Positions 1 to 12,900 of a stretch of DNA of 64,000 nucleotides are shown here, one piece after another (position 1 is the first letter of the stretch; every line of letters begins with the position of its first letter). Source of the stretch: Phoronis australis (taxonomy: Eukaryota; Animalia; Phoronida). The notes below the pieces were generated by a model. The model was given only the letters and a program-made list of their open reading frames with translations, was not told the DNA's origin and made no database searches. Position numbers and translations under genes: made by a program. Location: NCBI GenBank assembly GCA_002633005.1, contig NMRA01000462.1, positions 41,594-105,593 on the forward strand, read 5' to 3'.

Positions 1-539
1 AATGCGGTCACTTTCTAAATGTGAGTGTCCCCTTGGTCATTCCTTGTATAGACATAACTTGTTATAGAGTGTGTCTTCAAACGGACTCGCGACCAGACCA
101 CGGCGCCCGCCACAATAGCACTTCTTCGGAAAAAGAATTTTTTTCAAAAATATTACATGCACATGTACACAATATTACATGTACACTGTATGATATTGCG
201 CAATACAACTTTACTATACACCAGTTACAAACGTGTTGAGTGTAATAGAATGACACGGCATGACAGATGAGGTAAAAACGTTGCACGTCAATTCGCCTGA
301 ATATCAGAGTTGCGGCACCGCAGTATTTCCCCTAATCAAATCAAAATATATCTTACAGTAAAGAAGCTAGTTACCTAAAGAAATCAGCTATAGAACTGCT
401 CTTTCAGCGGTGAATCCATCTAAAATGCTTGGCTACTTCAGAAGTGTCGACGGAAGCGCACGCACAATAAATCTCCGCGCGTTTTGCCGATGAGCCGCAA
501 AGACTCGGCAATTCACAATAAAAAAAACTATATTTTCAG

Positions 540-703
540 AGTGAATCCCCCCCCTCAATTTTTTCCAAGTTGGTTTACTTGGGGTTTACACACGCTGGCG
601 GTGCCGTTTTTGTTTTGCTGGAGACTTTTTTTTTTTTTAATTTTTGGGTCCTGGCCCGAGGGGGGGTTTAAACCCCCTGAACCCCCCCGTAGATCCGCCA
701 CTG
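540..703. mobile_element. Fragment of small MITE with CAGTGGCGGATC-type terminus
   Basis: Ends CCCCCCCGTAGATCCGCCACTG; reverse complement matches the start of 53450-53684. Left boundary approximate. Confidence 0.55.
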
Positions 704-911
704 GATACCGTTTGACGTGCAGTTATGGGTGCATTTCAGCGCTTCGCGTTGCTCTTTTATATCTGTCGAAGCATTTATTGAGGCTCTAAATGTAAGTTTG
801 ATTTTCAAGATTTTTTCTTAATTAAAAAGTGCGAGAGCCCTGCCCTGAGCTGTTTCAGTTTTTTGAATTAAATATTTTTATCGTCCATTCACACTTGTTT
901 CAGAACTTGAT

Positions 912-3900
912 ATGCCTGGAGAGCGCCAGTCGCTGATCATGGTCTTGGAAAGGGAACCTGGGGAAGGTGAAATGAACATACCTGTTGAAAAGGAACCAGA
1001 GCCCCACGACAGGTGAGACAAGGTTGATTGTCTGTCAGTCATTCACGACTTTGTGCTCAAACAAAAGTATTCTCATTGATATAGGTTTCATAAAATGCTT
1101 GTGTTTGATACAACATGAGCTCAGTCTAGCTCAATAATTGTCAGAGTATTTTGAAGGTATTTGACTGGTTAAGTCACTGTCTTTTATTTCAGCAAATGTC
1201 TGGCAGACATGACGGAAAGATTTGACGATTTGTAATAAAATCACAAAAACACAACGGATTTTGTTCTTTTCTAGCTCAGGTCAAAGCTACTAACTTCAGG
1301 AAATCTTTGCCACCCAACAATAATCCTGAAAATCAACTGTAAAACTGATAATATACTTGTGTAAATGACATGATGAATTGAAAATTTTAAGTATTTTCAA
1401 ATTCTGAGTTTAGAGAATTAATTCTTTTCCAAAAGTCGTCAACCCTATAGTTGATTTGTCTGACATTGTCCTAGATGTATGAACCTTTCAAAAGACATTT
1501 TGGACCTCGCACAGATTTTACAATTTTTGAAATTTCTTTGTAGAAGTAATTATTATTGTGCCAAAATTGCTGATCATCCAAAAATGACAAGACTTAAACA
1601 TGCGCGAGTAGTCTCACATTCAATTGTCACGAAACCAAACCCCAGGATATTTGCATGCCCACTTGACTCGTGTTCGTACCCACATGACCTATATTTTTAC
1701 CCACATGACTTAGTTTGGCTCATCCGTGACTTAAGTCTTCTATTACGTGTGCAGGTTTATGCTGGTCTACATTATCATGCTGATTCACGGTATTGGAGTA
1801 CTCATGCCATGGAATATGTTCATCACAGCCAACTCGGTACGTTTTCTAGTGACCGTCTTCACGGGCTTCCTAGCCATAGCGACTTACAGGGGTTCCAGAT
1901 TTTTGAGAATCAGTTTGATGCCTGTTATTCAGTAGTGAAAACTGGATCTCAGAATTGAGGGCCCCTGAACACCATTGCCGTCTTCCTGATACAAACAAGA
2001 TGACAATATGTGCAAGCATGTAACCTTAGTCACAATGAATCACTGACAAAATATGAGCACCCTTTATGTTGTATTTTATTCTTTTTAAAACTGAAGGTAA
2101 GTTATTGAATCCCAATTAAGTAAAATATAAGTTCTTAACCCCAAAAATGTACATGTCCCACTGTTGATGCTAAATTTCAATACTTAGACTGTTACGAAGC
2201 ATATTATGAACTTTTTCACCATGATATCTGATGTCTGTGTTCCAGTACTTCGTTGACTACAAGTTGAACACGAACTCTAGTACCGATCAGGACTATCGCG
2301 CCAACTTCCTGTCTTATCTTGGTATCTGCGCTCAGCTGCCCACGGTCATACTGAATGCTGTCAATCTGTTTGGACAGTGTGGCAAGTGAGTAGACAGTGG
2401 ATATGTACTTTTGGACTTGTATAGTATTTGTACACTTTTTTAGTACTTGTGCACTTTTACAGTATTTGTGCACTTTTATAGCACTTGTGCACTTTTACAG
2501 TACTTGTGCACTTTTACAGTACTTCTGCACTTTTATAGCACTTACGCACTTTAATTTATAGTATTTGTGCACTTTTATAGTATTTGTGCACTTTTATAGT
2601 ACTTGTACACTTTTATAGTACTTGTGCACTTTTATAGTACTTGTGCATTTTTATAGTATTTGTGCACTTTTATAGTATTTGTGCACTTCAATATTTCATC
2701 TCCTTATCCTGTCTTCATTGTCTGTACCGGCATTTTGGCCCATGCATCTAAATCCCAGCCAGTGCACATTTCTTTGCAAAATACATTGCCCAAGTGTGTA
2801 ACATTGTCCGCCTATGAGCTTAGGTGTTTCTTATAGTCAGGATTTCTTTGCACTTAAGTTGAACATTTTTATGCACCCACATATTTATATGTGGACGCAT
2901 TATGCCGTCATCTCCGTCCGTCCATTCGTCCGTCCATTCGTCCGTCCGGGAGGCGTCCGGGCGGCGTCCGTCCGTCCGGGCGGCGTCCGTCCGGCGTCCG
3001 CTGCTTTGTCTCCAAAACCCTTTGACATAGTTTATGAAATTTGGCACATATGTTCCATTCATGAATGGGACGGCATGTGCGAGCTTTTGGACGGATCCGA
3101 CTACCGGTGTGCCCCCTAGTGGCAATTTTAGTTTTTTACGCTTACATTTGTATCTTCAAAAGTCGTGAACGGATTTTCATGAAATTTGGTATGTAGGCAC
3201 CTATTAGTGAGATGACGCTATCCTGCCGTTTTCAGATGGATTCGACATAGTTTGCGCCACCTAGTGGCCATTTTTAGTGTTTTCGAGTTTTTTGTGCGTC
3301 CACCCCTCTATCAACCAAACCGCTCAAAGGATGATTGTGAAAATTGGCATGTATGTGCTTACTATGTAGAGGACGGTTGACGATGATTTTCCGACGATTT
3401 CGACTACTGTGGCGCCTCCTAGTGGCAGTTTTGTTTTTTTTGCGCCTATGGCTGTATCTTCTAAACCGTTCGCAGGATCTTTACGAAATTGTGTAAGTAT
3501 ATTTATATGATGTTAACAACGGAAGATGACGACTTTTGGACGGATCCGACTACCGGTGTGCCCCCTAGTGGCAATTTTAGTTTTTTACGCTTACCTTTGT
3601 ATCTTCAAAAGTATTGAACGGATTTTCATGAAATTTGGTATGTAGGCACCTATTAGTGAGATGACGCTATCCTACTGTTTTCAGATGGATTCGACGTAGT
3701 TTGCGCCACCTAGTGGCCATTTTTACTGTTTTCGAGTCTGTATTTTTGCGTCCACCCCTCTATCAACCAAACCGCTCAAAGGATGATTGTGAAAATTGGC
3801 GTGTATGTGCTTACTATAAGGAAGACAGCTGACAATGATTTTCAGACGATTTGGACTACTGTGGCGCCTCCTAGTGGTAGTTTTGTTTTTTTTGCGCCCA

Positions 3901-6900
3901 TGGCTGTATCTCCCAAACCGTTAGCAGGATCTTTACTAAATTTAGCAAGTGTATTTATGTGATGTTGACAACGGACGATGACGACTTTAGGATGATTCTG
4001 ACTACCGGTATGCCTCTAGTGGCAATTTTAGTATTTTACATTGACCTCTGTATTTTCATAGGTCTTCAGGTGTATACTTTGTGTTACTTCGTGACTATGA
4101 AGGAAAAGTTCCAAGTAGAAATTTGTTTCTGGCATTCTAATGCTGTGCTAATCTCGTATGTTGGTAAATTTGTTTTTAATTCTATGTTTCTGTGGTGCTT
4201 TAAGCAACTGATGTATAGGATGTGCTTGTATTATGAAGATCACTCACATTTTGCCCCTAGCCTATTGAGGAGACAATGACCATGCCTTTCCATTTTGCAA
4301 AGTACAACATACTACATATATGGCCTCTACTGGCCACTTTATGGTACCAATAAACGACGCTAGAAGGATACCGTATGCAGGGCAATTGTGGGCGCATTTC
4401 AACGCTCTGCATTGCTCTTGTTGTGTTTTTCATCCATTCCTTATACTACATTTCTAAATGCCGGACGTTTTTATTTTCATCAGTTCCTCATTTCTTATCT
4501 CAACGTACATTTGGTCGTGTCACATTTAAGTCCTGTATTGATGTTTAGTACAGTTATTTTGTCCTGAAATGTCGTGAAATCCTGTTAGAAGTAGATGGAA
4601 CCATGCCCTCTGTCAAAAACAATTTTCACTTCAGGCCACTTACTGTTTAAACTCAGTCTCAACTTGTTTCTTACTCAGCTTAGAAATGATGTCTTGAAGT
4701 AAGAAGTGCAGAAACTTTGTTGTTAGTTTCGAACAAGCTCCTTAATTTGCTTGTCACGGCGCCTTAGTTTCAGCTGCTGAGCCAGTGAGGCAGTCAAGGT
4801 AATTCTTGCCTGGGAACTGATTTCAGACTCGACCAAGTATCAAAATGCGATGAAACTGCTTTGGAAGAGTGAATTTACCTGTGAAGAAAGTTGTTTTTTA
4901 CAAAGATGTATTTCAGATCCGCTTTGACTAATTCTGTTGGAACTGTGAAATGTCTGTATCATTTACCAATCTCATATATTTCCAGGGGAGGTAATACAAC
5001 CGCAAGAGTCATCGGCAGCATCATCATGATCACAGCTTGTTTCATCGTCACTGTCATACTTGCCATCGTCGACTCGTCCGAGTGTAAGCTTATGTTTTGA
5101 ACGGAACGCGATCCACTTCAGGGATCGTCTGTAAATTTTGTCATTTTCGATGAAGACTCGCATTGGAGGGACCAAGCGCTTTCGAAAGTTTCTGAAAATA
5201 TTGAGTGAAAATTGGGCATGGGGAGAAAAAATCTTCATATCTGTAAGCATTCTTTGGGGGAAGTCTATTGTACGCCATTGAAATGGGGATAGCTACAGAT
5301 GATCTCTAAGGTTATGCTGAAGCTATGAAGAAAAAGTCCATGTCGCTCAATTTTCATCATGAGAACACATTGCTCAGAAGAAATATTGCATGATTTTCCA
5401 CATTTCGACAATTTTACCTTGGATCTCAGAAATAACGTATTGGATAGCTGTTGCTTCTTTACTTAATTTCCAGAGGTGCTGAGTATAAAATGTTTTATAT
5501 GATACACTGAATGTGACTGTTATCTTTTGTCAGTACTAAATGGGGATTGAAACACTATTTGCATTCTCAACATGTAAATCATGAAAAGGGACGATTTACT
5601 CCAACATCTTGATCTCAAAATATTCTTTGCTATGTGGTATGTACTATCATAAGTAATGGAGAAATCGACCCCGTCCTGGAGGGGTTGGTCAGCACTTGTC
5701 AAGTGTATGAGGTTTTCTTACTTGTCTTTACGTGCCCGAAATGAACCGTTTGTATGCGGAAATCAGTCTCTATCATTATGAAATGTTGGAGACAATTTTC
5801 TGTGGCTAAACATCTGGTATATAATCTGCACTTCTCCGAATGTTGACCATAACCTCGGAAGCTTGTTGATGACAGGACTTACTGTGATCAAGCAGTCTTC
5901 TCATCGCAATTAGTGGAACCCACGCTTTCATTATGTTTCCAGACATTTAAACACCCATGCGGCGCCATATGTGAAAATGATTGTTTTGCTTTGCGTTTTT
6001 GGGTGGAACTCTTTGTTTTAGTTTTATAAAGTGGCAAGTTACACATGGTTGAAGAGTGGGTGGAATGTAGTTCATTCATGGTTTTGACAGAAAAACAGTA
6101 GTGTTGCTAATTGTATTTCTACCAGTTTGGAATTTATAGAATTTTGACTTGACATACGTAGAGCTGCCTGAGTCTTTAAATACAAATGTGATTTTGTCCT
6201 TTGGCTTGCCCTTGTTCCTGTGTAGTCTTGTAGACAGAAATGTGTTCCTAGAATTGTTTGGTACTATAATTTCTTTTGTTTGTTCCATGTTTCCATGTCT
6301 AGCTGGCACCCCGGAAACATTTCAGCTGGGTTGTAATCATGACAACTTTGGGCATCATATTTAGTATGCAAATTATCGCTGCCATTATTTAAAAATTCTA
6401 TTTCGGCTCATAACTTTCTTACCAGGTACTGCAGGAAGATTATTCTTTGAACATTATTTGAAATATGCAAGTTAACAGTCATGTAAAAATTCTATTTTGG
6501 CTTACTTCCTTACTGAGCACTGTAAGGTTATTTTCATGTTTTCACCCATGTTTCTATGATCCGTGAATTTAATGGAGCTACTTTGGAGGGCAGTGCATTA
6601 AGAATTTGCTGAGATTATACAAATTCAGGCAGCCAATATTTGTGCCTACTGCTGCTGGTATCAGGTGCCACAAGCTAACTATACTAATATTTGCACTCAT
6701 GTTTTTTAATGAAATCAGTTTGCAGGTTGTTGGATGATAAATTTGCATAATTTATACAATAAATCGCCGCTATTATTTAAAATTCTTTTCTACTAATAAC
6801 TTCCTTTTTGGGCGCCACATGTAGATTATTTTGATATTTGCACCCATATTTTTGTGGACAGCAAGTTAAACAAAATCAGCATACAGGTCATTACAGAATA

Positions 6901-9900
6901 AAATTGCATATTTTATGGAAATTGAGACCAGCAAGAGTAGTTTTATTAATCTTCTAAGTTACATGACTATGGATGGTTTGATAAATTTCGAGATACTTGC
7001 TCAACAGCACCATTTGGAACGAGACCTGAAATTATTTTCCGAAGTGTGCGGCTAGTATGACTGAGAATCGTCTTACTTTTAGTGAAGTCCCCAAGATCAT
7101 GTGCCAGGCTATTCATATGCACACCTTTACCCTCACCCCCATTTTCCTTACATCTGCAGCATCAACCTTAACAAACTAAACATTTGCCTAGAATATTTCC
7201 AAAGCCAACAACTAAAGCACATCTCAACATTTTCCAAAGCCAACAACTAAAGCACATCTCAACATTTTCCAAAGCCAACAACTAAAGCACATCTCAACAT
7301 TTTCCAAAGCCAACAACTAAAGCACATCTCAACATTTTCCAAAGCCAACAACTAAAGCACATCTCAACAATTTCCAATATCATCATCTTCTCTTTTTATA
7401 AGTTAGCCAAACATTAAGTTTCCAGAAAAAAATTGTCCTCAAAAGTTACGATCTTTGTGAAATTAGGCAGGTGTATTTCTATGAACGTGGCAATCAGTGA
7501 TAATGAGATGGATGTAACTGGCTACCACTGCATACTGGAAGCTGTTTATGATCTTGGCAGGTGTTTTTCTATTTAGGGGAGCATTCCCCACTTGCTATGG
7601 GCCACCTAGAGGCTATTGCGGGTTAATTAGCATTGCTCTATTTGGTGGGAATGTTTAAAATAGTAATTATCCCTTGTATTTGTGCTGTATGGGATACACA
7701 CGTTGGGTGCATATCAATGCTCGGTGTGGCTTTTGTAAATAATCGCAGACATGTTTTGCACTAATTGTTCATGCAACAACTTGCAAACTGATTTTATTAA
7801 GTTAATTGACCGTAGAAACATGGGTGCACATATCAATGTCATTTATCTGTGGTGCTTGGTACATCTGCTATAAGCACAAGAAGTTTTTGAAATGATGGTG
7901 ACCTTAAATTATGCAAATTCAGGATTTATCCATCTGAAAACTAGTGTTTAAAATACACTGACCTTTGAAACTGGTAAAACACCAATGTAATCAACTTAGG
8001 TGCTTGGTGAGCAAGTTAAAAGCAAAACCAGATTTTTCCATAATGACAGCTGCGATATGCATATTTTTAAGATAATGTTCACGGTTGTCAAGATTACAAC
8101 TCAGTCAAAATGCTTCCAGGATTACCTCAACATGAAACGACCAAAAAACCTTTTACATCCAAGAACTTCTTGGTTCCCCATATGGATGGCTACTAGAGTA
8201 GTGTGCCAATGGACAACATAAGTTGAACATCACGTGACTTCTGGTTGGTAAATTGGTCATTATTTTATGGCTAAAGAGAGATCATGCTTTAGTCATGTAG
8301 CAAATGAATCGATTCTGTTTAAACGGCATTTTCTGTGTTTGTAGGGCCAGGAACCTTCTTTGTTGTCACCATGGTAACGGTCGTTATCATTAATAGTGAG
8401 TATGACTTGTCGGTTCATAATTCTGGCAGTAACATTGTCACGTGTAAAGCCTGTTTCAGATGACATTTATTGTCGGCCAAAAAATTGCACGACTTTATGC
8501 TGATGCATTCACTTGAACAACCAATTTTGGCAAATATTTTTGTCCAAAACTGGCAGGAGACATCAGGGTCATGATGACGTCACTGTGGATGTTAAAGTGG
8601 AACTTTCTTTTCGCCACTGAGCTGATCTAAGGGCGATAGGCAGACAATGATGTTCGTTACGGCGAAGCTGTTAATATTAAAGCTTAGTATACACACTCGT
8701 AAGATTTGTGTTCTATTCCCAGTGTATGCATATTTCGGTTCTCATTGATTCCTATGCACCGTTTAAAATATGGCTTGAAGATTTGTCTATTCCCGATTTA
8801 ACCCAAATTTGCCACCCAGGTCTTTTCTCTGAGATTTCCGTTTGTCAATATTATTATAATTAATTCTCGAATGTTAAGTTGCTTTCTAATGATACGTTAA
8901 TCCTCCACTTGTTTCGCACAAAAATGTTTGGCAAAAGTGTAATTTTCCTTTTTTTAAATGCCAATTACATTGCTGGAAATATTGAAAACTTTTTCAAATG
9001 TTGATTTTTACATCTGCACACTGCAAATTATAATAGAGATGGACTAGAATTTGCTTAGTATTTGTTTTGTTGTAGAAATTTAGCAAAATAGTATTACGCT
9101 TTTCGTCCTTGTTTGGAAGTAAGTAAGCAAAGCTTTGCCTTACTTTTATCAATGGAAAATATGGGAAGATAACCAAGAAGTGAAACGTCTGAATTTCATT
9201 TCTTTAGTTTTATTTCTTAAACTTAACAAAAGCGCTTCCAAAACACTCGTGAACTCAGTTTATGTCTTCACGTGACACAAAAATGCAGCCTCAGGCAAAC
9301 AATGTTTATCATTAAACGGAAACTGCAACATCTTTATTGGAAAAAGTGAGTGCATACACTAATGAAGGGGTAAATAATCTCGCGCCATCCCCCCAAAACC
9401 AGCTGATTTTGACCATCTAATGATACGTCTCGTCTCGTTTCTCACTTAGATTAGTCAAGATTTCTGGGTTAGAAGAATGGACAGGCAGTTATTGTTTCAG
9501 AACTTGGCACGATGGTTTGGTTACTGTTGTCAAGACAGTATGATTCTCTGGGAATTACTGGCAATTTGTTGAAGCCAAGTTCACTTAAAACGAAGGATAA
9601 GACCTCAGTGATGTTACTTTGGAGGAGCACATATGCATGTGAATAAAATTGATGTTTGTAGCACCAAAATGTGGTTTGTAATGTCTTTAATAGTCGTGTT
9701 TTTCTTTCAGGTGCCAATGGCATTTACCAGAACAGCATCTTCGGTCTGGCTGCCAGCCTCCCTATGAAGTACACAAATGCTGTTGTCCTGGGTTCAGTGA
9801 GTCACACTCTCGTTGTTTGTCGTCTGCCATTTTGTCTTACGTGGCTTTTGTTATTATCATCTCATTCTGTATTGACTACTAGAGATATGCTCTGTGTGTT

Positions 9901-12900
9901 CTCAGATTTTACCATTTTGAAAGTGCAAAGCTATAAATTTTATTTTGTAAGTCTAGTTGCTAACGTAGCATTTAAGTCATTCAGGGCTTGATTTGGTGGC
10001 CTGCTGGCCTCAGGTTTCAGTTGTTGACCAGGTAAAATCTCGGGTTGCCACATACAAACACGCTTGCAAAATGATGCGGGAATTGAACAAAATGAAGTCA
10101 GAATCCTTTTGCAAAAATCGGAGGGACGCGATGGCAATCATCTGCCTCAGGAGGCAATCCTGCTGCGGGATATTGACTCTGAGAATGGGAAATTGGCCAT
10201 TACCGAGCACGCAAGATGCACCAAATTTCCCGTTCACAAATTGTTAGTGTGAACTCAAGTACATTATTTGTTGAGTTATATGGCTTTTCACTTCATGTTT
10301 CTTCCTTTCTTATCAGCTCCTGTCAATGCAGCTTGACGACCACAGTTTTCATTTAGCAACTTGGCAATTTTGACAAATTGACGTTATGTAAGCAATGAAC
10401 CCTGATCATTGATGTTTTGCATGCATGTTTTCTAATGTGTTAAGAACTCCGGGGCCCGGTGTCATTCAATTTTTTTGTTGAACAATTAAAAGCTTAATTC
10501 ATTGCTAGTACACACCATTGGTCAAAAGAGGCAAACTTTGAAGTACGATAAAATATGAATGAAGCAGTTTATTCAGCAAAAATAACACGTATGAACTCCA
10601 TTCCAGCTACAGTCGTAGATTAGAAGAAGTGTTAAAATTTGCCTTATTTCGTAACTTTTTTGTGAGGATCTCTAAATTACATCAAAACATTTGATGCTCG
10701 AATGGGATGTCCCATGGCAATAGTCATATCTATTTGCCCAAACAGTGCTCAACATAACTTATAAAAATTGGGAAGTCCTGCCAATTTTGGACTGAGTTAA
10801 TTACCAGAATTGCCCACTCTTGATTTCCCAGCAGCTTCTAATGTTGCTGAGAACGCCTAGACATTTTAAAACATTGCCCAGTGATGGTTATGATAAAGAA
10901 CCTGAAAAAATGAAAACATTAATTTGGTGCTATGTATGAAAAAATGCAAAACTAAAATTTGACTTGTTCGATCTGTCATGTCATGTCCTAAATTGTCAAA
11001 AGTTTTTTGCTATGTTGTATACTTGGTGCCACGCAGTAAGCAGTTGCAGTAACAACAACTGGATTGCTCTCTTAGTGGACTGTTGTTGCCTTGGGTTTAC
11101 TGCTTTAAATGTACAGTGCAAGGCAAAAGGAATCTGATGAAATTCCATATCACCGTCATGGGGACTAATTTTGTTATCAGCAAAAATGGCTGGTGATGAT
11201 TATTGTGGGGGGGGGGGTAAAATTCCAATTACTGAATTGCTTAGCCACGTTGCTAACTTTCCTGTCAATTCCCCTTCATTCTCGGTCATGAGGGAAGACT
11301 ACTCTTGACGATGAATTTGGTTTCCACACAGCTGTCGTGACGGTAATTCTGGGCAATTTTGTCTGAATTCTTTTGGTTTGTACTTGTGTATAGCTGGGTT
11401 AAAGTTGCAACATTTCTAATTTCAGAACATCAGTGGGACCTTGGCATCTGTCATCTCGATTTTGTCTGTAGCTAGTGAGTGTGATTCATTTGCACTTGTT
11501 CAATACACGATTCACTTTTGATTACACATTATTCTGAGTGTTATATGTTTACCAGCCGTGGAGAATTTTCTCTCTTCCACTCTTTTATGTTTGAATTCAA
11601 GTATTCGCTTGCTAAGCGTACTCCATTTTTATGTTGATTTTGAGTGTCTAATGGATGTTAGTCTTTAGTGAAAGGCTTTTTAGCAACTGAATATCCAGTG
11701 ATTGTAGTTGTCGTCATTGCTGTTGTATAGGGCATTCAAACAGGTTTTTTCAAATGTCAGGGTGACCATTTACCAACACGATTGAGAGATAGTACAGTTG
11801 TCCAATGACTGGTCACAGGTCGGAGAATCGTCTTCAGTTCAGTAACAGAAACTTTTTCCCGTCTTGAGCAAGGGTATTTTTAAGGAAATAAAGGTGTTTG
11901 CGATATAATTAATCGAGAGCCTGCAGATTATAGTTCGAAAATGATTTTACATGAGTTTCATTTTATTTTCAGGTACGCCTGATCCACGAACGTCAGCCAT
12001 CTATTATTTTGTTGCGGCAGTTTTCGTTTTGCTGGTGGCGTTCGACACCTACTTCGTGTTGCCACTCCTGGTATGTTGCTGTTGCTGTGAATCCGTGGTC
12101 TTGTAATAATCATGCTCGCTGATAAACAGTTTATGAAAAATATTAGTTTTGCTCTGAATAAAAATTTACTAAGTTATCATTATTACAATGTACTGCATAG
12201 AGTTGGAACGCTGCCAAAATGTTCATAGCGTGATAACGAATTCTATTCGTGGAGACCAAATATTGTAGCAGTCTCCAAGCAACATTTTGTAAAATTTTAT
12301 TTATTGCAACGTTCAGCATATATTTTTGAAAAATGGGACAATGATGATTTCACGATTTATTTTTGTCCCAAACATTAAACGTACTTTCATCCAACGGCGT
12401 GACTACTGTTGTCTCTCCTCTTTGCAGCCCTTTTTCAAGTATCATAAGAAGAAACATCTGGCATCACACCACTCTTCAGACGACAACCTCGCCCTGGGAC
12501 CGCCCATGTCCAAGCTGAATACCTACATCATAGTCGTTAAACAGGTGAGAACTGTAAAAAGAAAAGGCATTGGCTGTCGTAATTTATTCTTCAGGTTGTT
12601 TCTTTCTGTTTGCCTAATCTATATCAAAACATTGGCAAAAACACATTGTCTTGACATTTTCATGCGCCCATCTGGCATCAATTACTGTATCTTCTAAATC
12701 TTGGACAGTATCTTCTTGAAAGTTTCCATATGTGTTCTTATCAAGCTGGCGACAGATGACGACAACTTTCAAATCGATCCAACTGCTGTGCCCTTTAGTT
12801 TTTTTGTTTGCCTCTGTATCTGTGGAGTTTGGCGACAGATTTCCATGAAATTCGGCAAATAGATTTTTACTGATGATATGACGACGAGTTTCAGTTTCAT

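Noticed and set aside
2814-3125. Overlapping 101-aa ORFs on both strands
   Set aside because: Translations of the (GTCC)n microsatellite of the HINE element.
7196-7376. 35-bp repeats (and 31-bp repeats at 24821-24943) as a CRISPR array
   Set aside because: Units are directly adjacent with no unique spacers, context is a eukaryotic intron, no cas genes.
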